A stretch of DNA of 64,000 nt from an uncultured Bacteroides sp. (GTDB lineage: Bacteria > Bacteroidota > Bacteroidia > Bacteroidales > Muribaculaceae). The number at the start of each line of letters is the position of its first letter. Within the stretch, counting starts at the first letter, position 1. The stretch lies in assembly GCA_964495725.1 (NCBI GenBank), contig CAZBWZ010000001.1, positions 5,070-69,069 of the forward strand. The letters run 5' to 3'. The notes below the pieces were generated by a model. That model did no database searches, was not told where the DNA came from, and saw nothing but the letters and a program-made list of their open reading frames with translations. Made by a program: the position numbers and the translations under genes. This document shows positions 8,905 to 18,742 of this stretch, piece by piece.

Positions 8905-10998
8905 TTACTCATCGCCCCGGCGCTCACTATGACCGAACTTCGGCGTTATCCCGATAAAAAACTCAAAATTGATTCCCGGCATCGGACGTGACAGCACCGA
9001 CAGGTAATCCTCGTTGAAGAGATTGTTGACAGCCAACTTCAGTTGCACATCAGCCGGGGAGAATGACAGATTCCTTTCCAGAGATATATTGCTCATGAAA
9101 TACGCGGGCAGATGGCCTGTGAGCGTGTAGTCATTGCTTGACATCGTGAAACGTTCGGAATAATATGCCCATTTATACAGAAAGCTCCATGAGCGCCATG
9201 TAAGCCGGCCTGTGAGCGATGACGAATGACGGGGCACGTAGGGCAACTGCTTGCCTACCGACTTGTCGGCCGGCGACATCTTCTCCCCCACATTTATCGA
9301 CGGAGTCCATGAATACGAGGCGTTGAGGTCTATCAGCCAATCCTTAGCAGGTATTACAGAGAGGTCCGCCTTGGCCTCTATACCGTAGGCATGTACCTTC
9401 TTGACATTCCTTGGCGAAAAGAAACCCTTGGTCGTGGGCAACCAGATAATCCAGTCATCGATATACGAATCAAACCATGTGGTGCTTGCGGCGATTCTGT
9501 AGAGTCCGGGGCTACCGGTATCGAAGCTTACACCGGCGTCGTAGCTCAGTCCGTGTTCGTTTTTGAGATCAGGATTACCACCGGGTAGGAAGTAGAGATC
9601 ATTGAGCGTCGGAAACTTGTAGTTACGCGACACCGATGCCTTGACCATCACATTGCCCTTGCGCGACAACACACCGTCAATAAAGAAGGCTGGAATAACG
9701 GGCGCCCATCTGTCACCGTACATATCCTCGCGGAGCACCACCGACATACCCAATCTGTCAACCGGCTGCCACTTCACCGATGCCGAGCCCGAGAGCTCTA
9801 TCCTGCCCTTGTCGTAGCCCACGATGCCCTTGTTGCCATCCTGCAGTATGATGTTCTTGTCCTCGCTTCGCACGAAATGCTGGTGGGCCGATATACCGGC
9901 ATTGACATACCAGTGCCTGTTGGGATTGTACTCGCCGTCGGCCTGACCGTAAAATGTATTTACCCGGCTCCTCGACCTTGTCATCGAGGCCCAGTTATCG
10001 CCCGTTATCTGACGGCGGTAATCGTAGGCCATCCATGTATGTACATATCCGCCCCTCAGCGTCGTCTTCCAGTCATCGTTGAAATGATCCCATGACACCA
10101 CGGTGCGCAGGGTATTCTCGCGCTGGCGGTTCTCGAAGTCCCTCTGCTCACCATAATCGGTGGTGAGCAGAGGCAGCTGGCGATTCGAACCTATATACCA
10201 CGCGTTCAGGCCAAAGCGATCGCCACGAAAGGTATTGTAGTATATCTCCTGCAAGATGTGCATATCCTTGTAGGCACCCGAGCGGTTGCGCTCGGTGGGA
10301 TGATACTGCCCTACGATGTTCTTGTCATCGTCGTAGATATTGATTTTCTTGTCATGGTTGATATACTTGTAGTCGTTTGGAGAAGATGAGTAGACAAAGC
10401 GCGTGGATGCCCCCCAGTTACCGCTGCCGTATGTGACCCGGACAAACTCATCGAATGTGGAGAATGAGCCGATGCCCTGCACATACTGCGCATTGATTCC
10501 CTCGGGCACATCCGATGTGGTGCCAAGTCTGACGAGACCGCCGAGTCCCCCGCCGGTCTCATTGACCGATGATGTGCCGTGGAGCAGCGACGCGTTGTCT
10601 ATGAAATACGACGGAATTGTGGAGAAGTCGGTCATGCCGAGCATGGGATTGCTGATACGCATACCGTTCCAGGTGACCTGGGTATGGCTCGGCGACGTGC
10701 CCCTGAACGATACGGTGGAAAGTGTGGCACGTCCGTAGCTCTTGACAAATACCGACGAATTGAATGTAAGCACGTCAGCCATCGACAGGGCGATATTTTC
10801 TTTCAGCGCCAATGAGTCAAACAAGGTCATCTGCACCCCGATTTCCTTCATCGGCCGATACCCCACCACAACGACTTCACGCAGATCATTCGGGGTCTGA
10901 TCATCACGGCCATGCACAGGCAGACACGAAGCAGACACCATTATGGTAAGGCTTATGCCAAACTTGCAGCCGTGAATCATGTAACGTGGACGCTTCAT
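8905..10998 (-). CDS. btuB: TonB-dependent cobalamin receptor
   Basis: Plug VFVKSYGRATLSTVSFRGTSPSHTQVTWNG, PTLNDLYF..GGNPDLKNE, C-terminal RPMPGINF. Sits between btuG and btuF. Confidence 0.85.
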   Translation of the reverse strand: MKRPRYMIHGCKFGISLTIMVSASCLPVHGRDDQTPNDLREVVVVGYRPMKEIGVQMTLFDSLALKENIALSMADVLTFNSSVFVKSYGRATLSTVSFRGTSPSHTQVTWNGMRISNPMLGMTDFSTIPSYFIDNASLLHGTSSVNETGGGLGGLVRLGTTSDVPEGINAQYVQGIGSFSTFDEFVRVTYGSGNWGASTRFVYSSSPNDYKYINHDKKINIYDDDKNIVGQYHPTERNRSGAYKDMHILQEIYYNTFRGDRFGLNAWYIGSNRQLPLLTTDYGEQRDFENRQRENTLRTVVSWDHFNDDWKTTLRGGYVHTWMAYDYRRQITGDNWASMTRSRSRVNTFYGQADGEYNPNRHWYVNAGISAHQHFVRSEDKNIILQDGNKGIVGYDKGRIELSGSASVKWQPVDRLGMSVVLREDMYGDRWAPVIPAFFIDGVLSRKGNVMVKASVSRNYKFPTLNDLYFLPGGNPDLKNEHGLSYDAGVSFDTGSPGLYRIAASTTWFDSYIDDWIIWLPTTKGFFSPRNVKKVHAYGIEAKADLSVIPAKDWLIDLNASYSWTPSINVGEKMSPADKSVGKQLPYVPRHSSSLTGRLTWRSWSFLYKWAYYSERFTMSSNDYTLTGHLPAYFMSNISLERNLSFSPADVQLKLAVNNLFNEDYLSVLSRPMPGINFEFFIGITPKFGHSERRGDE

Positions 10999-11001
10999 GT
11001 C

Positions 11002-12084
11002 TTACCTTACTTTCCAGGCGAAAGCGCCGGGGGTGATACCTACATAAAATTCATCAATCAGCTCGCCGGCGGCTGAATACCGGTAGATCTTACCCTGCTG
11101 CTGGTAATCGATGGCATCGGCCACATACACCTCTCCGTTGGCCGGATTCACCGTAAGGCCGTAATATCTGGTATTGCGGGATTTCAGAAACGGATGCTCG
11201 GGTATGCTTGCGGCCGTGACATCCATACACCATATATCATCATTGATCCAGTACAGTCTGTCCCGGTCACCGTTGAGCTGCACCTCACTAGGCGTATCAT
11301 CATCGCCGAAGCTGAAACATTGCTCGATAGTGAATGTCTCGGCGTCGATTCTGTAGAGAGCCGGCGCCTCATTGCCATACACGCTGCCTTCGTAGCCGCC
11401 ATCGGTCACGGTCCACAGCTTATTATATCTGTCGAGCACCAATGATGTAGGCTGTATGCCTACTACAAGCGAGGCCACCACTTCGTCGGTCTCGGTATCG
11501 ATCTTGATGATACGGTTCTGGTAACTCCAGCAGTTGCAGAACACATACTTGCCGTACTGCACCATCTGCTCGGTGGATCCGCTCTCCATTGTCATACCGG
11601 GCACAGTGATATAACCCGTTATCTCATATTTCTTCGGATTGACTATGAATATTCGATTGTCCCATATCTGGGTGATATATGCCTTTTCATCATTAATGAA
11701 ATGGATATATCGCGGAAACGTCAGATTCTCAATCCGCCCGGCTTCCCTGAATGTATTCACATCTATAGCCCAGACTATGTGCGAATTATTGACCACCACC
11801 CAGCCTTTGTCGCCATGTATGGTCATCGACTGCACCACATCGCCCAAGCGATAGCCGTTGGCACGGAAAAAGACCTCGTTCTCCACCGTTTCGGTCTTGG
11901 GATCGTAGTATGACAGGGTGGCGTTGCTATACTGGAAATTACCCTCGTTGCATATAAATAATCCGCTGCCCTTGACATTGAAATCCTCAGTCACCTCACC
12001 ATAGTCCCATTTCATGCATCCGGCAAGAAACATCAGCCCACCGGCAAGGATGACCGCAGATAATATTGGCCTGATACCCTGCAT
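11002..12084 (-). CDS. btuG: Surface beta-propeller cobalamin-binding lipoprotein BtuG
   Basis: Lipobox LAG-C then MKWDYGE. GLFICNEGNFQYSNATLSYYDP ... YVADAIDYQQQG ... VGITPGAF closely matches B. thetaiotaomicron BtuG2 as recalled. Confidence 0.88.
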   Translation of the reverse strand: MQGIRPILSAVILAGGLMFLAGCMKWDYGEVTEDFNVKGSGLFICNEGNFQYSNATLSYYDPKTETVENEVFFRANGYRLGDVVQSMTIHGDKGWVVVNNSHIVWAIDVNTFREAGRIENLTFPRYIHFINDEKAYITQIWDNRIFIVNPKKYEITGYITVPGMTMESGSTEQMVQYGKYVFCNCWSYQNRIIKIDTETDEVVASLVVGIQPTSLVLDRYNKLWTVTDGGYEGSVYGNEAPALYRIDAETFTIEQCFSFGDDDTPSEVQLNGDRDRLYWINDDIWCMDVTAASIPEHPFLKSRNTRYYGLTVNPANGEVYVADAIDYQQQGKIYRYSAAGELIDEFYVGITPGAFAWKVR

Positions 12085-12088
12085 GGTA

Positions 12089-13873
12089 TTATTTGGTCAG
12101 TACCTGCCAGTCGGGCACTGCCGGAGCCTTCTGATTGTCAATCGTGTCGATCTTCACACCCTTCAGACGCGCGTGCATCCGGGTGAGTGTCGGCATCAGC
12201 ACTGCCGTACCCAGACGGATACCGGTCTGTATGTCGCGGTTGCGGCCAGTGCGCTCATAGTCGGCTATATTGACGCGCATCGCATCGAGCAGCCTGATGT
12301 CACTGTCCTCGGCTTTGCCCGCATACAGCAGACAGGCCAGACGCCCGTAATCGGCGATATTGACCGCCTGATGCAGCCACGGACGCATTTCCTCGATCAG
12401 CGCAGGGTTACTGCGGTCGGCAAGCAATATCAGAGCGGCTTTTTTCAGCTGGTCGCACCTCACCGATATCTCGGCGATAGCAGCGGCGTCGCCTCCCAAT
12501 GCCCGTTTGGAGATATCAACGAGATCGGGGGTCTCAACCCTGTCGAAATCCTCCCAGTTGGGCAACGTAGAGCAACAATAGGATGCGAATACCTCCAGCT
12601 CGCGCGGGGCTCCGGGACATATCTCGGCCAGACTCGTGCGCCATGCCTCGTCGGCATCGTATTTCTCCATATTCCACAGATACTCTCCTACCGCACCGAT
12701 CGCAATTTTTGATGCCTCGCTGTATTCCATAGGATTGCTGGCGAATCCACCGAGATCACCGGCGATATCGGTGGAGATACCATAGGCCGGACCTAAGACA
12801 AGCTTATCCTTTACATAATCCGACACTGGATAATTCCACCATATAAAAGCCTTGCGACCTATCTCGTTATTTATCCACTCCATAGTGGGCTTATCGATAT
12901 CGCTCATCACGGTGCGACCCGTCCACATCACCATGATCTCAGGATTCAGCCCGGATTTGAGCACACCGAGATAGCCGGGATTCTTTTCATTCCATGTCTG
13001 GGTGTACATGGTCGGACACACCACCAGCGGAGCCACATCGGGTTTCTTAGCTATGAATTCATCGTGGATATAGTTGAGCAGAGGCACCTGCTGGGCAGGG
13101 TCAGTGCCCTTACCTGTTATGTCATCAAGAAAGACAGCGAATCCGCGCACGCCGAGATCATACATCTGATTGAACTTATCCACTATTTTCTTGCGCTCGC
13201 TGCCGTCCCATGTGATATCGGCTCCGGGATGGATGGCCCAGAAAAAGGTGATGTTATTCTCAGCGGCATTGTTGGCGAGCTCGGTAATCTGCCGGGCCTC
13301 CTTGGCGGGATAGGGCTCCGCCCATTTAGCACGGTGGTACACATCATCCTTTGGTCCGTACAGATAGGTATTCATGCGGTGTTTCTTCATGAAACGCATC
13401 ATGTCGAGGCGTGCCTCGTGGCTCCAGGGCGTGCCGTAGAATCCCTCTACAACACCGCGCAACGGCACATCAGGGCTGTCGGTCATCTCCACACATTGCA
13501 GCGAGTCACCTTCGAGCATCTTCAGGAATGTCTGCATACCGTAGGCCGCCCCGCTCTCGTCAGACGCGGCTATCACCACCTTGTCCGGCGTGATACTCAT
13601 GAAATATGACTCTTGTGCATCCGGAATCCGGCCGGCGTATTCCCCGACACGCTCTATATCCTTTGTACCAACCACTACATACAGCGGTGAGCCATCTTTA
13701 TCAGCATTTCTGTTATTGTCTACCGATATATGCATCGCCGGACTTTTTCCGGCATGTACCTTAAGCGCGCCCGGAATGGCAAACTTCGGACCGGTCACAT
13801 TGACCACCTGCTTTGCCTCTGTCTGAATTATGCCCACAGCCGCCACCATAGCCGCAATAAATACCTTCCTCAT
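12089..13873 (-). CDS. GH84 beta-N-acetylglucosaminidase (O-GlcNAcase/hyaluronidase family), lacking the C-terminal beta domain
   Basis: Signal peptide, GH20b-like N-domain, RGVVEGFYGTPWS, YLYGPKDD, catalytic FAVFLDDI, WWNYPVSDY, NPME. Confidence 0.88.
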   Translation of the reverse strand: MRKVFIAAMVAAVGIIQTEAKQVVNVTGPKFAIPGALKVHAGKSPAMHISVDNNRNADKDGSPLYVVVGTKDIERVGEYAGRIPDAQESYFMSITPDKVVIAASDESGAAYGMQTFLKMLEGDSLQCVEMTDSPDVPLRGVVEGFYGTPWSHEARLDMMRFMKKHRMNTYLYGPKDDVYHRAKWAEPYPAKEARQITELANNAAENNITFFWAIHPGADITWDGSERKKIVDKFNQMYDLGVRGFAVFLDDITGKGTDPAQQVPLLNYIHDEFIAKKPDVAPLVVCPTMYTQTWNEKNPGYLGVLKSGLNPEIMVMWTGRTVMSDIDKPTMEWINNEIGRKAFIWWNYPVSDYVKDKLVLGPAYGISTDIAGDLGGFASNPMEYSEASKIAIGAVGEYLWNMEKYDADEAWRTSLAEICPGAPRELEVFASYCCSTLPNWEDFDRVETPDLVDISKRALGGDAAAIAEISVRCDQLKKAALILLADRSNPALIEEMRPWLHQAVNIADYGRLACLLYAGKAEDSDIRLLDAMRVNIADYERTGRNRDIQTGIRLGTAVLMPTLTRMHARLKGVKIDTIDNQKAPAVPDWQVLTK

Positions 13874-13929
13874 GATATCCTGTATATATTACAAATCAGA
13901 CCTCTGACCTCATAACCATGACCTAAAGC

Positions 13930-15000
13930 TTAAAACATGGCTTCAAGTGTCGGAGTGAAATCGGTAGTGTGCCCCACTACCACCTTTGCCACCTTACCCT
14001 CGGGATCGATTATCACCTTAGTGGGATAACCGCTCACCCCGAAGAGATTCTCTGTGCCGGCATCAGTGCTGTTATATAGCTGTACCCACGGCAACTGATG
14101 GTCGGCAACACCCTTGCGCCATGCCGCGTCATCCTCGCGGCAGTCTATACCTATTATTTCAAGAGTGCCGGGAGCATACTTGGCATACAGCTCCTTCAGC
14201 TCAGGAAATCCCTTGATACACCACGGACACCAGCTGCCCCAGAAGTCGAGGATCACCCATTTGCCACGGTAGTCTGACAAGCTCTTCATATTACCGTCAA
14301 GATCGGGCAACTTGAAATCCGGGGCGGCATTGCCTGTGAGCGAAGCCTGGATACGGTCTCTCTCAATCTGCATGTTCGCCTTATTTACCGCATCGGTAGC
14401 AAGAGGATATACAATACTGCCCTTCGCCTTCTCGCCCATTCGCCCGTAAGCAGCTACACGCTCCTCAGCATCGAGTTTCATTATCACGTAAGGAGCGATC
14501 TCGCTGTCAAGATTATTTTCAAGATACGAGTTCACATAATTGTCTAAATCGACAAAAGCCTGCTCCATGGCCTTTTCGTCATTATTCTGGCGGGCATCCA
14601 TATAGGCTTTCTTATATGTAGCGATGCCATTGTGGAATTCTGTCATCTGCTCTACAAGAATACTTCCCGTCATCACGGGAGCCTCGACATCACTCAGATC
14701 TATCAAGAGATTCTGTCCGGGCGCAGCATAAAACGTGACAAACATATCATCCTCCGTCCCCATCCGGTAGCGTGCAGGGCTGTTGAGCATATCCTTTATC
14801 ACCACCTTTTCACCGGCCTTGATCGTGTCCATTCTGGAGATGATGTCCGACTTGCTCTTTGCTTCGGCGAGTGTCTTGATATCCTGGGCCTCCACAATCA
14901 CATCCTTTCCGGCCATATCCGCCGGAAACTTCACGATGATATCAGCCTTGGCGATGACGCTTGCCGCGGCAATGGCAGCCACTAAATATAATCTTTTCAT
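13930..15000 (-). CDS. TlpA/AhpC-TSA family periplasmic thiol-disulfide oxidoreductase
   Basis: Signal peptide; C-terminal APDFKLPDLDG..LSDYRGKWVILDFWGSWCPWC..GYPTKVIIDPEG. Confidence 0.88.
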   Translation of the reverse strand: MKRLYLVAAIAAASVIAKADIIVKFPADMAGKDVIVEAQDIKTLAEAKSKSDIISRMDTIKAGEKVVIKDMLNSPARYRMGTEDDMFVTFYAAPGQNLLIDLSDVEAPVMTGSILVEQMTEFHNGIATYKKAYMDARQNNDEKAMEQAFVDLDNYVNSYLENNLDSEIAPYVIMKLDAEERVAAYGRMGEKAKGSIVYPLATDAVNKANMQIERDRIQASLTGNAAPDFKLPDLDGNMKSLSDYRGKWVILDFWGSWCPWCIKGFPELKELYAKYAPGTLEIIGIDCREDDAAWRKGVADHQLPWVQLYNSTDAGTENLFGVSGYPTKVIIDPEGKVAKVVVGHTTDFTPTLEAMF

Positions 15001-15040
15001 CACTTAATATTTAAATTATTTAGTATCGCTTTTACTACGG

Positions 15041-15048
15041 CAAAAGTA
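15041..15048 (-). promoter_or_regulatory. -7 promoter element for the tlpA-GH84-btu run
   Basis: TACTTTTG on the minus strand, ~40 nt upstream of the tlpA ATG. Confidence 0.6.
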
Positions 15049-15152
15049 CATAAAAAACTTGGGAATTTTACACCGGCAGAATAAAGAAACGCATTTTTCT
15101 TTTGAGGAAGGATTCAAAATAATTGAAATATCAATTGAGTATGGCATGTCTG

Positions 15153-15188
15153 AAAAAAAGCCTCCGACGGCTGGTGTCGTCGGAGGCC
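15153..15188 (-). terminator. Intrinsic terminator
   Basis: Minus strand GCCTCCGACG-loop-CGTCGGAGGC followed by T7. Confidence 0.8.
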
Positions 15189-15211
15189 TGTATCACTGAT
15201 CGGAATACCGA

Positions 15212-16612
15212 TTATTTCTGGAGGTATTTCTTGCCGTTCTTGATTACGAAACCTTTGTAGTTCTCGTCTACGATCTGGCCCTGGAAGTTGTAGATCACAT
15301 TTGACTGGGGAGCTGCGTCCACTGTCACGTCAGCGATACCGGTGGTGGTGTAACCGTAGTTGGGAGCTGCGTAGTTGTTGAAGCCCATGGCGTACATGTT
15401 GATGTTGGCACCGTTGCCCGAGCCGAAGATCCAGTATTTGTGACCCTCGATAAGACCTACAGTAGCAACTGATACGAGGCCGTTGCCTGCGTCACCTGTC
15501 TGTACTGTGCTGGCCATAGCATATGTGCCCACGCCATCACCGGCTGTGGTATCCCATACATACATGGTGTACTTCTTGTTGCTGCGGTTAGAGAACATTG
15601 TGAGCTCGCCACCCTTCTTAGCCTCTACAGTGAAGATAGCGTAGGGCTGCTTGATACCCTCTGATACGGCTTCGAGAGCGTATACGGGCTCAAACGAAGT
15701 GTCGCTGGCAGCAGATCCCATGTTGAATGACAGCGGGAAGAGAGTGGTGTTGAGACCGGTAGCGGCAACGTTAGCGCCGGGCTTGGATGAGCTGCCGTTG
15801 TCAACGAGTACCTTGAGGTCATCTGTGTCGGTTACCACATATCCGTTGGGCAGGACATAACCATACTCATAGCTGCCCCAGAGAGCCTCCATACCTGCGG
15901 CCTGGGCAGCGTCTACAGCCATAGGCACGATAGGAGTTGAGTAATCAGCGGCATTGAACTCTTTTGCTGAGTAGTCGGGTGATGCATAGGGAGTGTACAC
16001 CATCTCATACATGTTGATGTTGGCGCCGTTGCCCGAGCCGAAGATCCAATAGGTGTGACCCTCGATCAGACTTACGGTAGCCTCGGATACAATACCGTTT
16101 CCTGCATCACCTGTCTGCACTGTGCTGGCAAGAGCGTATGTGCCCACACCATCACCGGCTGTGGTATCCCATACATACATGGTGTATTTCTTGTTGCTGC
16201 GGTTTGTGTACATGGTGAGGTTACCACCCTTCTTTGCTTCAACGATGAAGATAGCGTAGGGCTGCTTGATACCCTCTGATACGGCTTCGAGAGCATACAC
16301 TGGCTCGTTGTATGTGTCAGCGGCGGCAGAACCCATGTTGAATGACAAGGGGAAAAGATCTGTGTTGAGACCGGTGGCGGCTACGTTGGCACCGGGCTTG
16401 GATGTGCTGCCGTTGTTTACTACCACCTTGATGTCGTCTGTATCTGTTACTACAGATCCGTTGGGCAGGACATAACCATATTCATAGCTGCCCCAGAGAG
16501 CCTCCATACCTGCGGCCTGGGCATCGGCTACCGACATAGGAGCGATCACAGTCTGTGCTGAAGCTGCCATACCCATGGAGGCAGCTGCTGCGATGAGTAA
16601 AAATTTCTTCAT
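15212..16612 (-). CDS. Secreted hypothetical protein: two tandem ~205-aa unknown domains plus a T9SS-like C-terminal tail
   Basis: SPI signal MKKFLLIAAAASMGMAASA. Internal duplication. Tail TGIADV...IYNFQGQIV..YKGFVIKNGKKYLQK. Confidence 0.8.
   Translation of the reverse strand: MKKFLLIAAAASMGMAASAQTVIAPMSVADAQAAGMEALWGSYEYGYVLPNGSVVTDTDDIKVVVNNGSTSKPGANVAATGLNTDLFPLSFNMGSAAADTYNEPVYALEAVSEGIKQPYAIFIVEAKKGGNLTMYTNRSNKKYTMYVWDTTAGDGVGTYALASTVQTGDAGNGIVSEATVSLIEGHTYWIFGSGNGANINMYEMVYTPYASPDYSAKEFNAADYSTPIVPMAVDAAQAAGMEALWGSYEYGYVLPNGYVVTDTDDLKVLVDNGSSSKPGANVAATGLNTTLFPLSFNMGSAASDTSFEPVYALEAVSEGIKQPYAIFTVEAKKGGELTMFSNRSNKKYTMYVWDTTAGDGVGTYAMASTVQTGDAGNGLVSVATVGLIEGHKYWIFGSGNGANINMYAMGFNNYAAPNYGYTTTGIADVTVDAAPQSNVIYNFQGQIVDENYKGFVIKNGKKYLQK
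15360..16545 (-). repeat. Intragenic tandem duplication, period 615 bp
   Basis: A 49-nt identical block occurs at 15631-15679 and 16246-16294; further identical blocks share the 615-bp offset. Boundaries approximate. Confidence 0.95.
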
Positions 16613-16644
16613 GTAATTTGTTTTGTATTAGAGTTAATATATCG

Positions 16645-16652
16645 CAAATTTA
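16645..16652 (-). promoter_or_regulatory. -7 promoter element for the tandem-domain gene
   Basis: TAAATTTG on the minus strand, with TTTG 18 nt upstream (16671-16674). Confidence 0.55.
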
Positions 16653-16667
16653 GGCAATAATTTTGAT

Positions 16668-16698
16668 AAACAAAGCCCCGACCAAAATGGCCGGGGCT
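16668..16698 (-). terminator. Intrinsic terminator after susD-like gene
   Basis: Minus strand GCCCCGGCCA-TTT-TGGTCGGGGC-TTTGTTT. Confidence 0.7.
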
Positions 16699-16728
16699 GA
16701 TTTAATAGTTTTTAACAATAGGCATTTA

Positions 16729-18726
16729 TCAGAAGCCTTTGCCGGGAGTTGTGCCGTAGCCGTTATCGCCGTACTCATCCTTGTTGTTGATACGATCGAG
16801 GAAGTTGGCAGAGATCGGGCGAAGGTAGTGCTTGGCGGGATCGAAGTACTTGGCTGCGCGCTTGTTGTAATCCTTCAGACGTGATTCAAACGCATGGTGA
16901 CGTTTGAGCAGGGCCCAGCGTGTGTACTCACCGGCCATCTCTCGTGCATACTCGTCGAAGATGGTGTTCTCATCCACATTGCCGAGAGCCGGTGTAGTGG
17001 CACCGGGGCGTGTAGCACGTTTGCGCAGGGGCTCAAGATACTTGGCTGCTGATGCGGCATCGCCAAGCTGCTGACATGCCTCGGCTGCTATCAGATACAC
17101 CTCGGCTGTACGCATCACCATCACCTCACCATTCTTGGTATTGAGGCCGCTACCCCACGAACCGTTGAAGCACCAGTCAAACTTGATGAGCGAAGGATAG
17201 AGCAGATATGAGTTAGTACCGTCAAACTCCTCTGTCTTATACTCGGTTGTATACTCGGGGCTACCGAAGAGATCATCGATATTGATGGTGAAATACTGGC
17301 TCTGGGCCTTCTCCTCGTCTGTGCGGCGCTCTTTTGACATCACGAATGCAAAGCGGTTGTCGTCGAGAGCCACGGGATAGTCGATTACATAGACATTCTT
17401 CACCTGCATCAGGTTGTCAGGATTACCTGTAGTCTCACCCTTGGGCCATACACCGCGGGGCACATACTGGTTCCATGCACCACCCTCTACCACAGTCATA
17501 TCTACGTAGGGATAGATCTTCTTGCCTGTGAACTTGGTGTTGATGCCATACTTCTTGACTACAGGAGGTGTGAGGGTCACACATGTGTTGGAGCCGCTGT
17601 ACGGGCCGATCCACTGATAGTCGGGGTCGGTCATCGAGTACATACCGAAGGCTGTCATGAATGTATTCTCCCAACGGCGATCCCATTCGGGTTCATATAC
17701 ATTGATCGTATACTGTGTGGGAGCGAACGTATTGTTATTGGTACGACCGAGGAAGTAGTTGGTCTTGTCGCTGCGAGTATAGAGATCGTTGAGCTTGTTG
17801 GGATTACAGATGGTGTATGTGAAGAGGTTGTTCTTCGAGTAATTCGCACCGTTGGGGTAATCGGCTGCGATAGTGGTGTTGGCACCCGATGAAATGAAGA
17901 GAGCCTCCTTGTTGTTGCGGTTGTTGTCCTGAGCCCAGAGGTCGTCGATATTGTCATAGAGGTAGACGTTGTAGGAGGCTGCATTGTTGATGATATCTTC
18001 GGCCACCTCGCGGGCGCGCTGCCAGTATGACTTGCCGTCCTCTTTCAGACCCTCACCTGCACCCTGAGCGTAAGCGCGGGCCAGAAGGCCGAGAGCTGAC
18101 TTCTTGGTGACACGTGCGTAGTTGCCGTCGACAGGGGTGTTGTCGAGCACTGCGGCGGCCTCCTTGAGATCGGTGGTGATCGAGGTGTAGAAATCCTCTA
18201 CAGTGTTACGTGTGGGGCTGGTGTTGATATTGCCCACCTGCTCGGTGGAGAGAGTCACCGGTCCATAGTAGGTGACAAGGATGAGGTTGTAGAACGCACG
18301 CAGTGTCTTGGCCTCGGCCACGATCTTGGCTTTCTCAGCCTCGCTGCCGCCAACCACCTTGTCGGCGTTGTCGATCACTGAGTTGCAAGATGCGATGGTT
18401 GTATAGGCCTGATTGAACACCTTGTTTGATGCGTTGGTGTTGGTGGTGAGTCCATCATAATAGATCAGCTCCCTTGCATAGTCGCGGTTGCCTGAAGGAC
18501 AAATCCACATATCTGTACCGCCCTCGGCTACGCTCAGGAAGTCGTAGACGGCGTAGAGCTGTGTGGCCAGCGGGGTGTAGCAGTATGTAGCCAGACCCTT
18601 CCATGTGTCAAAAGACTCGATAGTCTCGTTACCTGCAGAGGGATTGTACTCGTCGAGCCCGCATGAGGTCAGGCCGAGTGAAGCGCCCGCAAGTGCCACT
18701 AACGTATATCTGAGATAATTTTTCAT
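16729..18726 (-). CDS. SusD/RagB-family glycan-binding lipoprotein
   Basis: Lipobox LTS-C; AEAKTLRAFYNLILV, RTAEVYLIAAEA, DEYAREMAGEYTRW. Confidence 0.92.
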   Translation of the reverse strand: MKNYLRYTLVALAGASLGLTSCGLDEYNPSAGNETIESFDTWKGLATYCYTPLATQLYAVYDFLSVAEGGTDMWICPSGNRDYARELIYYDGLTTNTNASNKVFNQAYTTIASCNSVIDNADKVVGGSEAEKAKIVAEAKTLRAFYNLILVTYYGPVTLSTEQVGNINTSPTRNTVEDFYTSITTDLKEAAAVLDNTPVDGNYARVTKKSALGLLARAYAQGAGEGLKEDGKSYWQRAREVAEDIINNAASYNVYLYDNIDDLWAQDNNRNNKEALFISSGANTTIAADYPNGANYSKNNLFTYTICNPNKLNDLYTRSDKTNYFLGRTNNNTFAPTQYTINVYEPEWDRRWENTFMTAFGMYSMTDPDYQWIGPYSGSNTCVTLTPPVVKKYGINTKFTGKKIYPYVDMTVVEGGAWNQYVPRGVWPKGETTGNPDNLMQVKNVYVIDYPVALDDNRFAFVMSKERRTDEEKAQSQYFTINIDDLFGSPEYTTEYKTEEFDGTNSYLLYPSLIKFDWCFNGSWGSGLNTKNGEVMVMRTAEVYLIAAEACQQLGDAASAAKYLEPLRKRATRPGATTPALGNVDENTIFDEYAREMAGEYTRWALLKRHHAFESRLKDYNKRAAKYFDPAKHYLRPISANFLDRINNKDEYGDNGYGTTPGKGF

Positions 18727-18742
18727 TGTTGTCTATGAATTA

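Noticed and set aside
12095-12110. TCAGTACCTGCC resembling a B12-box end near the btuG start
   Set aside because: On the wrong strand and inside the GH84 coding sequence.
15055-15152. Cobalamin-riboswitch-like fragments (GGTGTAAAATTCC, AGACATGCC) on the minus strand upstream of tlpA
   Set aside because: Wrong order, no GGGAA or GCCACTG elements, and upstream of the -7 promoter element, so probably not transcribed.
15360-16545. 615-bp repeat pair as a DGR template/variable region
   Set aside because: Both copies are in frame within one ORF, differences are not obviously adenine-restricted, and there is no reverse transcriptase in the window.
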